The notes beneath the pieces are model-generated. The model saw only the letters and a program-made list of their open reading frames with translations. It was not told the DNA's origin and searched no databases. DNA of 64,000 nt, taken from assembly GCA_965215895.1 (NCBI GenBank), contig CBDCEY010000008.1:995086-1059085 (forward strand), given 5' to 3'. Positions 28,025 to 37,845 of this stretch are shown here, one piece after another (position 1 is the first letter of the stretch; every line of letters starts with the position of its first letter). This DNA is from Vicinamibacterales bacterium (GTDB taxonomy: Bacteria > Acidobacteriota > Vicinamibacteria > Vicinamibacterales > UBA8438). Made by a program: the position numbers and the translations under genes.

Positions 28025-29479
28025 ATGACGACGACGCGAAACCGGAGGCGGACGTTCGCACGGCAGGCAATGCTCGGCACGGCGGTCGTGGCGCTCGTCG
28101 CGCTGCCGTCTCCGGCGGCCGCACAGGTCGCGGCCACCGCGGCCACGGACGAGGTCACGTTCACGCGCGACATCGCCCCCATCCTCCAGCGGAGTTGTCA
28201 GAAGTGCCATCGGCCCAACTCGCTGGCCCCGATGTCGCTCATCGACTACGCGGAGGTGCGGCCCTGGGCCCGCGCCATGAAGCTCCGCACGGGGCTGCGC
28301 GACAGGCCGGGCGTGATGCCCCCGTGGTACATCGAGAAGGACATCGGCATCCAGCGGTTCAAGGACGATCCGTCGCTCAGCGACGACGAGGTCGCCCTGA
28401 TCGCGAAGTGGGCGGACAACGGCGCCCCGCGGGGCGATCCGGCCGACCTGCCCCCGCCGGTCGCGTTCATCGACGTGGACGAATGGGAGATCGGGCAGCC
28501 CGACCTGATCGTGTCGTCGGCGAGTTTCGACGTCGCGGGCGACGCGCCCGACTGGTGGGGATCCATCGGCGAGGTGCCGACCGGGCTCACCGAGGACCGC
28601 TACGTCTCGGCGATGGAGTACAAGGAGGTCACCGAGGCCAGCGAGGGTGAGGTCCGCGACACGGTCGGCGGGCTCTTCGTGGTGCACCACGCCACCCTCG
28701 GCGCGACCGATCCGAATCCGGACCCGAACGAGAACGATCCGCTGGCCGCGCTGCGCCGCTGGCCGACCCACGAGGTGGGGCGCAACGCCGACGTCTTCGA
28801 CCCCGAGGCGGGCAAGATCATGAAGGCGGGGTCGAAGCTCCAGTTCAACTCGATGCACCTGCACGCGAACGGTGCGGACACGAGAGCCCACCTGAAGGTC
28901 GGCTTCAAGTTCCATCCCCCGGGGTACGAGCCGACCCGCAAGTGGGTGCGCATGTCCTTCGGCAACGGCGTCGACCTCGACATCGAGGCGATGGATCCCG
29001 ACCAGCAGATGGAGGCCTACTTCACCCTGCCGGAGAACACGCTGATCACGATCTTCGAGCCCCACATGCACGCGCCCGGCGTGCGGATGTGCCTGGACGC
29101 CATCTGGGGGCACAACGTCCAGACGCTGAACTGCGCCGGCTACGACCACAGCTGGGTGCGGGTCTACAACTACGAGGACGACGCGGCGCCGCTGCTGCCG
29201 AAGGGCACCATCCTCCGGATGACCGGCTACTTCAACAACTCGCCCTCGAACCCCAACGTGCCCGATCCGCGCAACTGGTCGGGCGGCGGACACCGTTCGG
29301 TCGACCAGATGTTCATCAACCTGATGCGCGGGGTCTACCTGACCGACGAGGAGTTCGCGGCGGAGATGGCCAAGCGGCGCGAGGCCCTCGGCCTGGCCGA
29401 CGGCGAGGTGGTCCTCGGCTGTCCGCTCTGCGGAACGGCGGCGCAGGAACCCGCCGTCAACGCCGGAGGAGGACAGTGA
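28025..29479 (+). CDS. CxxCH (PSCyt-type cytochrome c-like) domain protein
   Basis: GAGGAGG RBS. Tat/Sec-like N-terminus. FTRDIAPILQRSCQKCHRPNSLAPMSL matches the planctomycete-type cytochrome c domain pattern. The C-terminal half has His-rich beta-sandwich-like blocks (MHLHANG, HMHAPG). Confidence 0.6.
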   Translation: MTTTRNRRRTFARQAMLGTAVVALVALPSPAAAQVAATAATDEVTFTRDIAPILQRSCQKCHRPNSLAPMSLIDYAEVRPWARAMKLRTGLRDRPGVMPPWYIEKDIGIQRFKDDPSLSDDEVALIAKWADNGAPRGDPADLPPPVAFIDVDEWEIGQPDLIVSSASFDVAGDAPDWWGSIGEVPTGLTEDRYVSAMEYKEVTEASEGEVRDTVGGLFVVHHATLGATDPNPDPNENDPLAALRRWPTHEVGRNADVFDPEAGKIMKAGSKLQFNSMHLHANGADTRAHLKVGFKFHPPGYEPTRKWVRMSFGNGVDLDIEAMDPDQQMEAYFTLPENTLITIFEPHMHAPGVRMCLDAIWGHNVQTLNCAGYDHSWVRVYNYEDDAAPLLPKGTILRMTGYFNNSPSNPNVPDPRNWSGGGHRSVDQMFINLMRGVYLTDEEFAAEMAKRREALGLADGEVVLGCPLCGTAAQEPAVNAGGGQ

Positions 29480-30393
29480 GAGCCGCGGCAGCCCGGGGCA
29501 GGAACCTCCCGGCGATCGTCGTCCTGCTCGCCGGGCTGCTCGTCGGTCTGGCCGTGCAGGACGCGGGCGCGCAGGGGGCCCGGCGGGCGTACGACTCCGG
29601 CCAGGAGGTGGTGCCGGCCTACGAGGGCTGGGAGCAGAACCCGGACGGCTCGTTCAACCTGGTGTTCGGGACGATGAACCGGAACTGGGAGGAGGAGTTG
29701 CACATCCCGATCGGCCCCGACAACAACATCGAGCCCGGCGGGCCCGACCAGGGACAGCCGACGTGGTTCCTGCCGCGGCGGAACCGCTTCCTCTTCCGCA
29801 TCCGGGTCCCGGCCGACTTCGGCGACCGGGAGCTGGTCTGGACCCTCACCAGTCACGGCGAGACGAAGCACGCCTACGGAACGCTGAAGCCCGACTACTA
29901 CATGGACGACAACGTCCGGACGGCGAACAACGGGGCCGGCGTCTCCGGCGAGCTGTTCAAGAACGTGGCCCCGGTGCTCGAGGTGCGCGGCGAGTCGACG
30001 AGAACGGTGAAGGCGAACGCGCCGATCACCCTGACCGCGGTCGCGCACGACGAGGACGGACTGCCGAAGCCGCGGGCGATGCGCCCCGTGGACCCGGGCC
30101 GTCCCACGAGCCTGACTCCGATCACCGCGACCGGCCTCCGGCTCTCCTGGTTCGTCTACCGGGGAGCCGTGCCGGTGACCTTCGATCCGGTGCAGACCAA
30201 GGCCTGGGAGGACACGCGGGCGAACTCGAACTCGCCGTGGGGCGCCGGCTGGGAGACTCCCGATCCGCCCCCGGACAACCAGTGGGTGGTGCAGGCGACC
30301 TTCAGAGAGCCCGGCACCTACGTGCTGCGGTGCCTTGCCCACGACGGAGCGCTGGGGACCTACGAGGACGTCACGTTCGTGGTGACGGAGTGA
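29476..30393 (+). CDS. secreted hypothetical protein
   Basis: GTG 29476 overlaps the upstream stop (GTGA) after GGAGGAGG. Signal peptide LLAGLLVGLAVQDAGAQG. Ordinary composition. Confidence 0.55.
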   Translation: MRAAAARGRNLPAIVVLLAGLLVGLAVQDAGAQGARRAYDSGQEVVPAYEGWEQNPDGSFNLVFGTMNRNWEEELHIPIGPDNNIEPGGPDQGQPTWFLPRRNRFLFRIRVPADFGDRELVWTLTSHGETKHAYGTLKPDYYMDDNVRTANNGAGVSGELFKNVAPVLEVRGESTRTVKANAPITLTAVAHDEDGLPKPRAMRPVDPGRPTSLTPITATGLRLSWFVYRGAVPVTFDPVQTKAWEDTRANSNSPWGAGWETPDPPPDNQWVVQATFREPGTYVLRCLAHDGALGTYEDVTFVVTE

Positions 30394-30518
30394 AGCGGGC
30401 CTCGATCTCGCGGCGCGCCTTCACGGCGGGCAGGTCCGCATCCGGCTGTTCATGCCCGCCGCCTGCGCCTGCCCGTCGGCCGCGTTGAAGAGGCTGAGCG
30501 TCGTTTGGCCGACTTCCC

Positions 30519-31160
30519 TCAGCCGCTCTCGATCAGCGACCGCAGGTGCTTCCGGACCTGCGCCCACTCGTCCTCCAGAATGCTGTAGTAGATCGTGTCG
30601 CGGTAGCGCCCATCGTGCATCAGGGTGTGGGAACGCAAGGTTCCCTCCGGCGTGGCGCCGATTTTCGTCAGCGCGCCGCGCGCGCGACGATTGACCGCGT
30701 CCGTCTTGAACTCCACGCGGTGAGCGGACAGCGACTCGAAGCAATGCTCCAGAAGGAGATACTTCGCGCGCGTATTGATCCCGCGCCCCTGCGCTCCGGT
30801 CGCGAGCCAGGTCCATCCGATCTCGATCCGCCGGTCCTTCGCCGAGGCGTTCCCGAGGGCGGTCCCGCCGACCACCGCCCCCTCCCGGCGATCGACCACG
30901 GCGAACGGCAGGAGCCGGCCTGTCTGCTGATGGTGGAGCGCGGTTTCGATGTAGTCGCGGGCATCGGCCGGGCTCTCGAGGCAGTTCACGCTGTGCTGCC
31001 AGATCTTCGGGTCAAGACCGACTTCGATCAACGCGTCGAGATCCGCGAGACTCCACTGCCGCAGGAGCACGCAATCGTGGGAAAGAGACACGCTCTTGGT
31101 CAGGTCCACCGATGCATCTCCTTCGCTCCGGCATGCATCTCCAACCGCATTGGTGGCCAT
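30519..31160 (-). CDS. GNAT-family N-acetyltransferase (RimJ/RimL-like)
   Basis: LRQWSLADLDAL..., IEIGWTWLATGAQGRGINTRAKYLLLEHCF, HRVEFKTDAVNRRARGALTKIGATPEGTLR. Confidence 0.75.
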   Translation of the reverse strand: MATNAVGDACRSEGDASVDLTKSVSLSHDCVLLRQWSLADLDALIEVGLDPKIWQHSVNCLESPADARDYIETALHHQQTGRLLPFAVVDRREGAVVGGTALGNASAKDRRIEIGWTWLATGAQGRGINTRAKYLLLEHCFESLSAHRVEFKTDAVNRRARGALTKIGATPEGTLRSHTLMHDGRYRDTIYYSILEDEWAQVRKHLRSLIESG

Positions 31161-31194
31161 GCAGCGTCAGATGGGTCGGCGCAGTCGACGCGTT

Positions 31195-31809
31195 TCAGAA
31201 TGCCGGCTTCCAGATCGCGGGAAGATCGAGCGAAAACCCCGGCAGGACCGTTTCGCCGGTGACGACGTCCGGTTCGGCGCGCTGTTCGAGGCTGCCGTCG
31301 GCACGGTAGATGGCGACCTGCCGCCGAGCGGGATCGATGAGCCAGCCCAGGTGGGCGCCGTTGGCGCGGTACTCCTCCATCTTTCGCTGGACGGCGGCAC
31401 GAGAGTCGGACGGCGAGATCAACTCGATGACGAAATCGGGACACAGCGGCAGGAATCGCTCCTTGTCCTCGGGAGAAAGCCGGGCGAGCCGCTTGCGGAG
31501 GACCCAGGCCGCATCCGGCGAACGCACCGCGCCGTTGGGCAACTCGAAGCCGGTCGAGGAGTCGAAGGCGACGCCCGTCCCGTTCTGCTCGGCCCAGCGA
31601 TAGAGGGCCGCGACCAGGAAACCGTTCCGCGCCCCCGTTTCCCCGCCGGTGGGCGTCATCACCGCGATGCTCCCTTCCGCGTTGCGCTCGATCCGCACGT
31701 CGCGATTCATTTGGCAGAACTGGAAGAACTGCTCCCGGCTCATGTCGATGGCGGGGGGCATATGCAGCTCCAGGGCCGCCGGGCCGGACCGCTGATGAAG
31801 GACTGCCAT
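31195..31809 (-). CDS. Uma2-family endonuclease-like protein
   Basis: IERNAEGSIAVMTPTGGETG, SPDAAWV, CPDFVIELISPSD, LPGFSLDL tail. Confidence 0.75.
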   Translation of the reverse strand: MAVLHQRSGPAALELHMPPAIDMSREQFFQFCQMNRDVRIERNAEGSIAVMTPTGGETGARNGFLVAALYRWAEQNGTGVAFDSSTGFELPNGAVRSPDAAWVLRKRLARLSPEDKERFLPLCPDFVIELISPSDSRAAVQRKMEEYRANGAHLGWLIDPARRQVAIYRADGSLEQRAEPDVVTGETVLPGFSLDLPAIWKPAF

Positions 31810-31818
31810 GACCTCAGG

Positions 31819-32973
31819 CTACCGCACGCGCCTCGCGGGAATCAACGGGGCCGGACCGCCCGTGGGCGTGCGCCCCACGGAGGGCGCTTGGCACGCGACC
31901 CTTGACGCCATCCCGGTCAACGGACCGCTGGTCGCGGTGACGAGCCTCGCGGCGACCGTGGAGAGGCCCAGCCGGTGGTCGTTCGGGTCGATCCAGCGCC
32001 CGGCATCCTCCCGGACCACGGCCGGCCGCGACTTGAGGCGGACGTAGACCGGCTCGACGTCGAGGTCGTAGTGGGTGAAGCCGTGCCGGAAGACGTCGAC
32101 GGCGCGTATCTCCTCGACGAGACCGGCATCGACGCCGGCCTCGTCGAGGAATCCGCGCACCGTCTCTCGGGAGTCGCGCTCCGGCGGCGACCAGAGGCCG
32201 CCCCAGATGCCGTCAGGCGGCCGCCGCTCGACGAGACAGGCGCCGTCGGGGTCGACCAGCACGAAGAACCGGCGCCGCTCGAGGCGGCGGGGGCGGCGCG
32301 GCGCGGCCTCCGGATACCGCTCGGGGTCGCCCGCGGCCAAGGCCAGGCAGCCCTCGCGCACCGGACAGTCGCCGCAGCGCGGCCGCCGGCGGCGGCACAC
32401 CGTCGCGCCGAGATCCATGACGGCCTGCGTGTAGTCCGCGGCGCGGTCCCGCGGGGCATGCGATTCCGCGAGGCGCCACAGCTCGTCGAGGGTGGCCGAC
32501 GACGACACCGGGCCGGCGACCCGGTGCCGACGCGCCAGCACGCGCTTGACGTTGCCGTCCAGAATCGGCGCGCGCCGGCCGTAGGCCTGGGCGACGATCG
32601 CGGCGGAGGTCGAACGGCCGATGCCCGGCAGCGCTCCGAGTGCCGCCGCCGTGTCGGGCAACGTCCCGCCGTGCTCCCTGACGACCATGCCGGCGGCGCG
32701 ATGCAGGTTACGCGCGCGGGCGTAGTAGCCGAGACCGCTCCACAGGTGCAGCACGTCGTCGAGGCCGGCCCGGGCCAGGGTCTCCACGTCGGGGAAACGG
32801 GCCACGAACCGCTCGAAGTACGGCGCCACAGTGCCGACCTGAGTCTGCTGGAGCATGATCTCCGCGACCCATACCCGGTACGGCGTGCGCTGCCGCTGCC
32901 AGGGGAGGTTCTTGCGGCCGTGGACGTCCCACCAGGCGAGCACGCGGCGGGCGAAGGAACCGGCGGCGGCCAT
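31819..32973 (-). CDS. mutY: A/G-specific adenine DNA glycosylase
   Basis: LPWQRQRTPYRVWVAEIMLQQTQV, GLGYYARARNLH, LPGIGRSTSAAI, 4Fe-4S cluster CRRRRPRCGDCPVREGC, NUDIX-like C-terminal domain. ATG 32973. Confidence 0.85.
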   Translation of the reverse strand: MAAAGSFARRVLAWWDVHGRKNLPWQRQRTPYRVWVAEIMLQQTQVGTVAPYFERFVARFPDVETLARAGLDDVLHLWSGLGYYARARNLHRAAGMVVREHGGTLPDTAAALGALPGIGRSTSAAIVAQAYGRRAPILDGNVKRVLARRHRVAGPVSSSATLDELWRLAESHAPRDRAADYTQAVMDLGATVCRRRRPRCGDCPVREGCLALAAGDPERYPEAAPRRPRRLERRRFFVLVDPDGACLVERRPPDGIWGGLWSPPERDSRETVRGFLDEAGVDAGLVEEIRAVDVFRHGFTHYDLDVEPVYVRLKSRPAVVREDAGRWIDPNDHRLGLSTVAARLVTATSGPLTGMASRVACQAPSVGRTPTGGPAPLIPARRVR

Positions 32974-32980
32974 GGCTGCG

Positions 32981-33694
32981 TCAGTCGGACATCGCCCGGG
33001 CCAGCGCCGCGAAGTCCTCGACGATGAGGTCCGGCTGGTGCGGCGAACCGCCGAAGGGACGCCGCCGCCGGTCGATGAACGCGGTGCGCATGCCGGACGC
33101 CTTCGCGCCGATGCAGTCGAACGCGTGGTTGGCGACGAAGAGCACGCTCGCGCGGTCTGCCCCGAGCCGCTCGCAGGCCGTCGCATAGGTCGCGTGGTGG
33201 GGCTTGAAGTAGCCGGCCTCCTCGACCGAGATCACCGCGTCGAAGTCGAACCCGATGTGCGGCCGGGCCGCCTCGAGCATGTCGCGGTCGCCGTTCGAGA
33301 GAATCGCGAGGCGATACCGCCCGCGCAGCCGCTCGAGCGCCGCGAGCACGTCGGGAAACGGCTTCAGCCGCTCGATGCAGCCGACGAGCCAGCGCACTTC
33401 GTCACGGGTGTGGTCGATGCCGGCGCGCCGCATGACCTGCGACACCGCGCGGTGGCCGATCTCGCGGTAGGAGGTGTGGCCGCGGTCGCACAGCGCGTCG
33501 ATCATCGAGTCTTCGAAGTGCGTGCGCCGCCACCAGGTGACGAAGCGGCGCGGGTCGCCGCGCCAGCCCTTGCGGGCCAGGAACGGCGTCACCATCTCGG
33601 TCAGACCGCCCTGCATGTCGACGACGGTGCCGTACTGGTCGAACATCACGGTCGCGACCTCGCGGCGCAGGAGACCGGCCGGGTCGGCGCTCAT
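32981..33694 (-). CDS. HAD-superfamily hydrolase (haloacid dehalogenase type II-like)
   Basis: VMFDQYGTVVD (DxYGT motif I), LAILSNGD, YFKPHHATY, FVANHAFD. Confidence 0.75.
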   Translation of the reverse strand: MSADPAGLLRREVATVMFDQYGTVVDMQGGLTEMVTPFLARKGWRGDPRRFVTWWRRTHFEDSMIDALCDRGHTSYREIGHRAVSQVMRRAGIDHTRDEVRWLVGCIERLKPFPDVLAALERLRGRYRLAILSNGDRDMLEAARPHIGFDFDAVISVEEAGYFKPHHATYATACERLGADRASVLFVANHAFDCIGAKASGMRTAFIDRRRRPFGGSPHQPDLIVEDFAALARAMSD

Positions 33695-34053
33695 CGCGTC
33701 CTCCTCCCGTGCTGCAACGACGTGGGCGGTGGAAACGGGAAACAGGGCACAACCTACCCCAACCCCGGAACCTACGGGCGCCGGCCTCGCGGCGACGCCG
33801 ACCTGCGGCCCGGTAGGGAATCGGAACCGGCTTCAGGAACGCACTGCGGGGCCCGGGAAGCGATCAGACGGTCGCGGTCTTCGGAGACGTGGGCTGCTGC
33901 ATCGCCTGGAACGCACGGCAACGAGTCGAACTCCGGCAGACCGCGACGCTCCCGAAACGATCGGACCCGAGCTTCGCTCTTTGTTGGTTCCATGTCCATC
34001 AACGTGTCACATGCGATCCGCATCGTCAACGGGCCACCGCCGACCCTCGCACC

Positions 34054-35136
34054 TCAGGCCAGATAGCGCGCCACTGCCGCCTCGTCCCAGTCCATGCCGA
34101 GGCCGGGGCCGCGCGCCGTGACCATGCCGTCCACCACCCGCGGCGGGTCGGCGAGGACGGCGCCGGCGAGGTCGAGGTACTCCAGATAGTGGGCAAGCGG
34201 CGTGACCGGCAGGACGTGGGCGCTCGCCTCGATGAAGAGGTGGCTGGACACGGGCACGGCGGCCGCCTCGGCCTGCCCCATGGCGCGCAGCCAGCCGGTC
34301 ACCCCGCCGATCTTCATCAGGTCCGGCATGCAGAGGTCGCAGGCGCCGGCGGCGAGGGCGTGGGCCATGTCGTGCCCGAACCACCAGTTCTCGCCGGTCT
34401 GAATCGGGACCGGAGACGCGGCGCGGACGCGGGCGTGGCCGGCAAGGTCCTCGGCCGGCACCGGCTCCTCCACCCATTCGAGGTCGAACCGGGCGAGCGC
34501 GCGGATGCGCCGCAGGGCCTCGGGCGCGGTCAGCGACTGGTTGTAGTCGACCATCAGCCGCACGTCCGGCCCGACGATCTCGCGCACCCCGGCGACGTTG
34601 GCCGCGTCCCACGCGAGATCGCCGACCCCGATCTTGATCTTGATCGCGCGGAAGCCCTGCTCGACGCTCCGCTCCAGCGCCGCCGCGTCCGCGACCGGAT
34701 CGACGATGCCGTAGCTGTCGTAGGCCGGCACCGGCTCCGCCTTCCCGCCGAGCAGCTCGACCACCGGCCGCTGCTGCGCGCGCCCCTGCAGGTCCCACAG
34801 GGCCATGTCCAGGCCCGACAGGGCCATGCCGACGAGCCCCTGGCGCCCCATCAGGCGGAAGCGCGCGGCGAGACCGTCGTACACCGCCGCGGGATGCGCC
34901 GGGCGTCCCCGTACGACCTCGTCCAGGTCTTCGAGAAACGCCTTCAGGGCCCGCAGCGTGAGGGTGGTGTACCCGAAGACGTAGGCGCGGCCGACCGGGC
35001 CCTCCTCGGAGGCGACATCCAACAGGAGGAGCGGCGAGACCGGGACGTCGCCCGACGCGGTGCGCAGCGGCCTGGCCAGCGGCGCGGCGACGGCGCGCGC
35101 GGTCAGCGCGCGAATGGTCAGAACGGATTCCAGCAT
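34054..35136 (-). CDS. mandelate racemase / muconate lactonizing enzyme family (enolase superfamily)
   Basis: ATG 35136. MALWDLQGR, FRAIKIKIG, LMVDYNQS, LEWVEEP, IQTGEN, DLMKIGGVTG. Confidence 0.8.
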   Translation of the reverse strand: MLESVLTIRALTARAVAAPLARPLRTASGDVPVSPLLLLDVASEEGPVGRAYVFGYTTLTLRALKAFLEDLDEVVRGRPAHPAAVYDGLAARFRLMGRQGLVGMALSGLDMALWDLQGRAQQRPVVELLGGKAEPVPAYDSYGIVDPVADAAALERSVEQGFRAIKIKIGVGDLAWDAANVAGVREIVGPDVRLMVDYNQSLTAPEALRRIRALARFDLEWVEEPVPAEDLAGHARVRAASPVPIQTGENWWFGHDMAHALAAGACDLCMPDLMKIGGVTGWLRAMGQAEAAAVPVSSHLFIEASAHVLPVTPLAHYLEYLDLAGAVLADPPRVVDGMVTARGPGLGMDWDEAAVARYLA

Positions 35137-35612
35137 GACAGGCTCCGTGAAGGTCGTCCTTCGTTCCACGCCCGCACGCGCCTGCCTCGACGCCGCAGGC
35201 CTGCGCGCCGCGGGCCTTCCCTTCAATCCCGCTGTCGCGCGACCGGAGGCCGTCCTCGGCACCTCGGTCAAGCGGCCCGTCAACCAGCCGCCGCCGCGCG
35301 CCCGGGGTCATCCTCGTCACGTCCGCCAGGCTGGCCCCGTCAAGCACCCACTGCCGCGCGCCGCCCACGCCGATCACGATGGCGTCGTACATGCTCTACC
35401 CGCGAACGGTCACCCGGTGCGGCGTCGGACCGCCCGCGCAGACGATACGCCGGGGGCCGAACGAAGGTCAACGCAGGCCGGGGGCGGCGTCCAGCGGCCC
35501 GTGGCAACGCCCCGCCGCGTTCGACCGCCCGAAAGGACCGATTCCGCCCGCTTGGCGGTAGACTCGCATCGAGCGGCGCCGCGACATTCCGGGCGCCGCG
35601 GGAGACAAGGCC

Positions 35613-37682
35613 ATGACGATTTCCGGTTCGGCCCCCTTGCGGCCCCTTCGGGGGCTCGGCGTCGGCCTGGCGCTGGCGCTCGTCCTCGCGGCGGCGAGCG
35701 CGTCCGGCCAGGACGACGGCCGGCGCCACCTGGCCCTCGACGGCTATCTCTCGTGGGAGACGGTCGGCAATCCCCGCATCTCGCCCGACGGCGCGACCGT
35801 CGTCTACGAGCGGCGCTTCGTCGACCCGGTGGCCGACGGTGTCCGCAGCGAGCTCTGGGTCATCGGCGCCGACGGCTCGCGCAACCGCTTCCTCGCCGAG
35901 GGCGCCGGCCCCCGCTGGTCGCCGGACGGCACCCGCATCGCCTTCACGCGGTCCGGCGAACCGCGGGGGTCGCAGGTATTCGTCCGCTGGATGGACGCCG
36001 AGGGCGCCGAGAGCCAGATCACGCGGCTGGAGAACCCGCCGTCGCAGATCCGGTGGGCGCCCGACAGCGGCTCGCTCGCCTTCCGGGCGGTGGTCTCCCC
36101 CGCGCCCGACCCGGCCTGGAGCATCGACATGCCGAAGGCGCCGGAGGGCGCCGAGTGGACGGCCCCGGCCCGCATCGTGACCCGGCTCGGCTACCGCCGC
36201 GACGGCTCCGGCTACACCCCGGCCGGCTACCGCCACGTCTTCGTGGTCAGCGCCGCCGGCGGAACGCCGCGGCAGATGACGAGCGGCGACTTCCACCACG
36301 ACGACCCGCGGTTCACCCCGGACGGGCGCGGCATCGTCTTCTCCGGCCTCCGCGAGCCGGACGCCGAGTACGCCTGGCGGCAGTCCGAGGTGTACCGGGT
36401 GGACCTGGCGACGCGCGAGATCAGCGCCCTGACGAGCCGCGACGGTCCGGACGGGGGCGCCGTTCCCTCCCCCGACGGGCGCGCCATCGCCTACACCGGG
36501 ATGGACCACACGACGGACACCTACCGCGAGGAGGGCCTCTACGTGATGGCCGCCGACGGCTCGGGCTCCCGGGTCGTCGCCACCGAGATGGGGCGGCGCC
36601 CCGGCATCGTGGGCTGGGCCGCCGACGGCAGTGGCGTCTACCTGAACGCGCAGCTGCGGGGGACGAGCAACCTCCACTTCGCGTCGGTGGACGGCGAGGT
36701 GCGCGCGGTGACGAGCGGCAACCACATGCTGTCGGTCTCCTCGGTCAGCGAGAACGGCGTCGCGGTCGGCGTCGTCTCCAGCTACCACGTGCCCGGCGAC
36801 CTCGTCGCCTTCGACGTGGACGATCCGGAGACGATGCGCACCCTGCACCGGACGAACGCCGGGCTGCTCGCCGACGTGCGCCTGGGCGACGTCGAGGAGA
36901 TCTGGTACCAGTCGCCGGACGGGCTCGACATCCAGGGCTGGATCGTCAAGCCGCCGGACTTCGATGCGGCGCAGAAGTACCCGCTCATCCTCCGCATCCA
37001 CGGCGGCCCCCATTCGATGTACAACGCCGGCTTCGACTTCAAGAACCAGGACCACGCGGCGAACGGCTACGTGGTCCTGTACACGAACCCGCGCGGCAGC
37101 AGCGGCTACGGCAGCGCGTTCGGCAACGAGATCAAGAACGCGTATCCGGGAGAGGACTACGACGACCTGATGGCCGGGGTCGACGAGGTGATCGCGCGCG
37201 GCTACGTCGACGAGCGGAACCTGTTCGTGTACGGCGGCAGCGGCGGGGGCGTCCTGACGTCGTGGATCGTCGGCCGCACCGGGCGCTTCACCGCCGCCGT
37301 GGTCAAGGCGCCGGTCACCAACTGGCTGAGCTTCGTCGGCACCACCGACGGGCCGGGCTGGTACCGCAACTTCGAGAAGCTGCCCTGGGAGGACCCCGAG
37401 GAGCACCTGCGGCGGTCCACCCTGATGGTCGTCGGCAACGTCACCACCCCGACCCTGCTGATGACCGGCGAGCGGGACCTGCGCACGCCGATGGAGCAGA
37501 CCGAGCAGTACTACCGGGCCCTGAAGCTGCGCAAGGTGCCGACGGCGATGATTCGACTGACCGACAGCTGGCACAGCCGCAGCTCGCCCCCGACCAACTT
37601 CCTGCGGGTGCAGCTCTACCTGCGGCTGTGGTTCGAGCGGTTCATGGTCGGGGGAGCCGCGGCCACCGACGAGGAGGGGTAG
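35613..37682 (+). CDS. S9-family serine peptidase (prolyl oligopeptidase / acylaminoacyl peptidase-like)
   Basis: Signal peptide. TolB-like beta-propeller repeats (SPDG... repeated). Catalytic region HGGPHSMY, VYGGSGGGVLTSW, GERDLRTP, H near the C-terminus. Confidence 0.8.
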   Translation: MTISGSAPLRPLRGLGVGLALALVLAAASASGQDDGRRHLALDGYLSWETVGNPRISPDGATVVYERRFVDPVADGVRSELWVIGADGSRNRFLAEGAGPRWSPDGTRIAFTRSGEPRGSQVFVRWMDAEGAESQITRLENPPSQIRWAPDSGSLAFRAVVSPAPDPAWSIDMPKAPEGAEWTAPARIVTRLGYRRDGSGYTPAGYRHVFVVSAAGGTPRQMTSGDFHHDDPRFTPDGRGIVFSGLREPDAEYAWRQSEVYRVDLATREISALTSRDGPDGGAVPSPDGRAIAYTGMDHTTDTYREEGLYVMAADGSGSRVVATEMGRRPGIVGWAADGSGVYLNAQLRGTSNLHFASVDGEVRAVTSGNHMLSVSSVSENGVAVGVVSSYHVPGDLVAFDVDDPETMRTLHRTNAGLLADVRLGDVEEIWYQSPDGLDIQGWIVKPPDFDAAQKYPLILRIHGGPHSMYNAGFDFKNQDHAANGYVVLYTNPRGSSGYGSAFGNEIKNAYPGEDYDDLMAGVDEVIARGYVDERNLFVYGGSGGGVLTSWIVGRTGRFTAAVVKAPVTNWLSFVGTTDGPGWYRNFEKLPWEDPEEHLRRSTLMVVGNVTTPTLLMTGERDLRTPMEQTEQYYRALKLRKVPTAMIRLTDSWHSRSSPPTNFLRVQLYLRLWFERFMVGGAAATDEEG

Positions 37683-37845
37683 CGACGACAACGCGGCGGC
37701 CGGCGCCCCGGAGCGGACCGGGGCGGAGACGGGCGTCGATGCGTTCGCAATCACGCGATCGATCATGATGTACTGACGCGCGGCGCGCTGCCTCCGGTGG
37801 GCCGGCAGCCTCCGCGGATACAGTTCCCGAAAGGCAGCTCAGAGA

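Noticed and set aside
35137-35392. MYDAIVIGVGG... N-terminus (FAD/NAD Rossmann-like GxGxxG) upstream of the enolase-family gene on the minus strand
   Set aside because: Similarity ends after about 12 residues, and the frame then runs out of phase through the enolase-family gene. At best it is a tiny remnant of an oxidoreductase gene, not a callable feature.
35060-37768. 902-aa plus-strand ORF covering the S9 peptidase region
   Set aside because: It is out of frame with 35613-37682, which carries the peptidase catalytic motifs. Its translation is low-complexity Arg/Gly/Pro.
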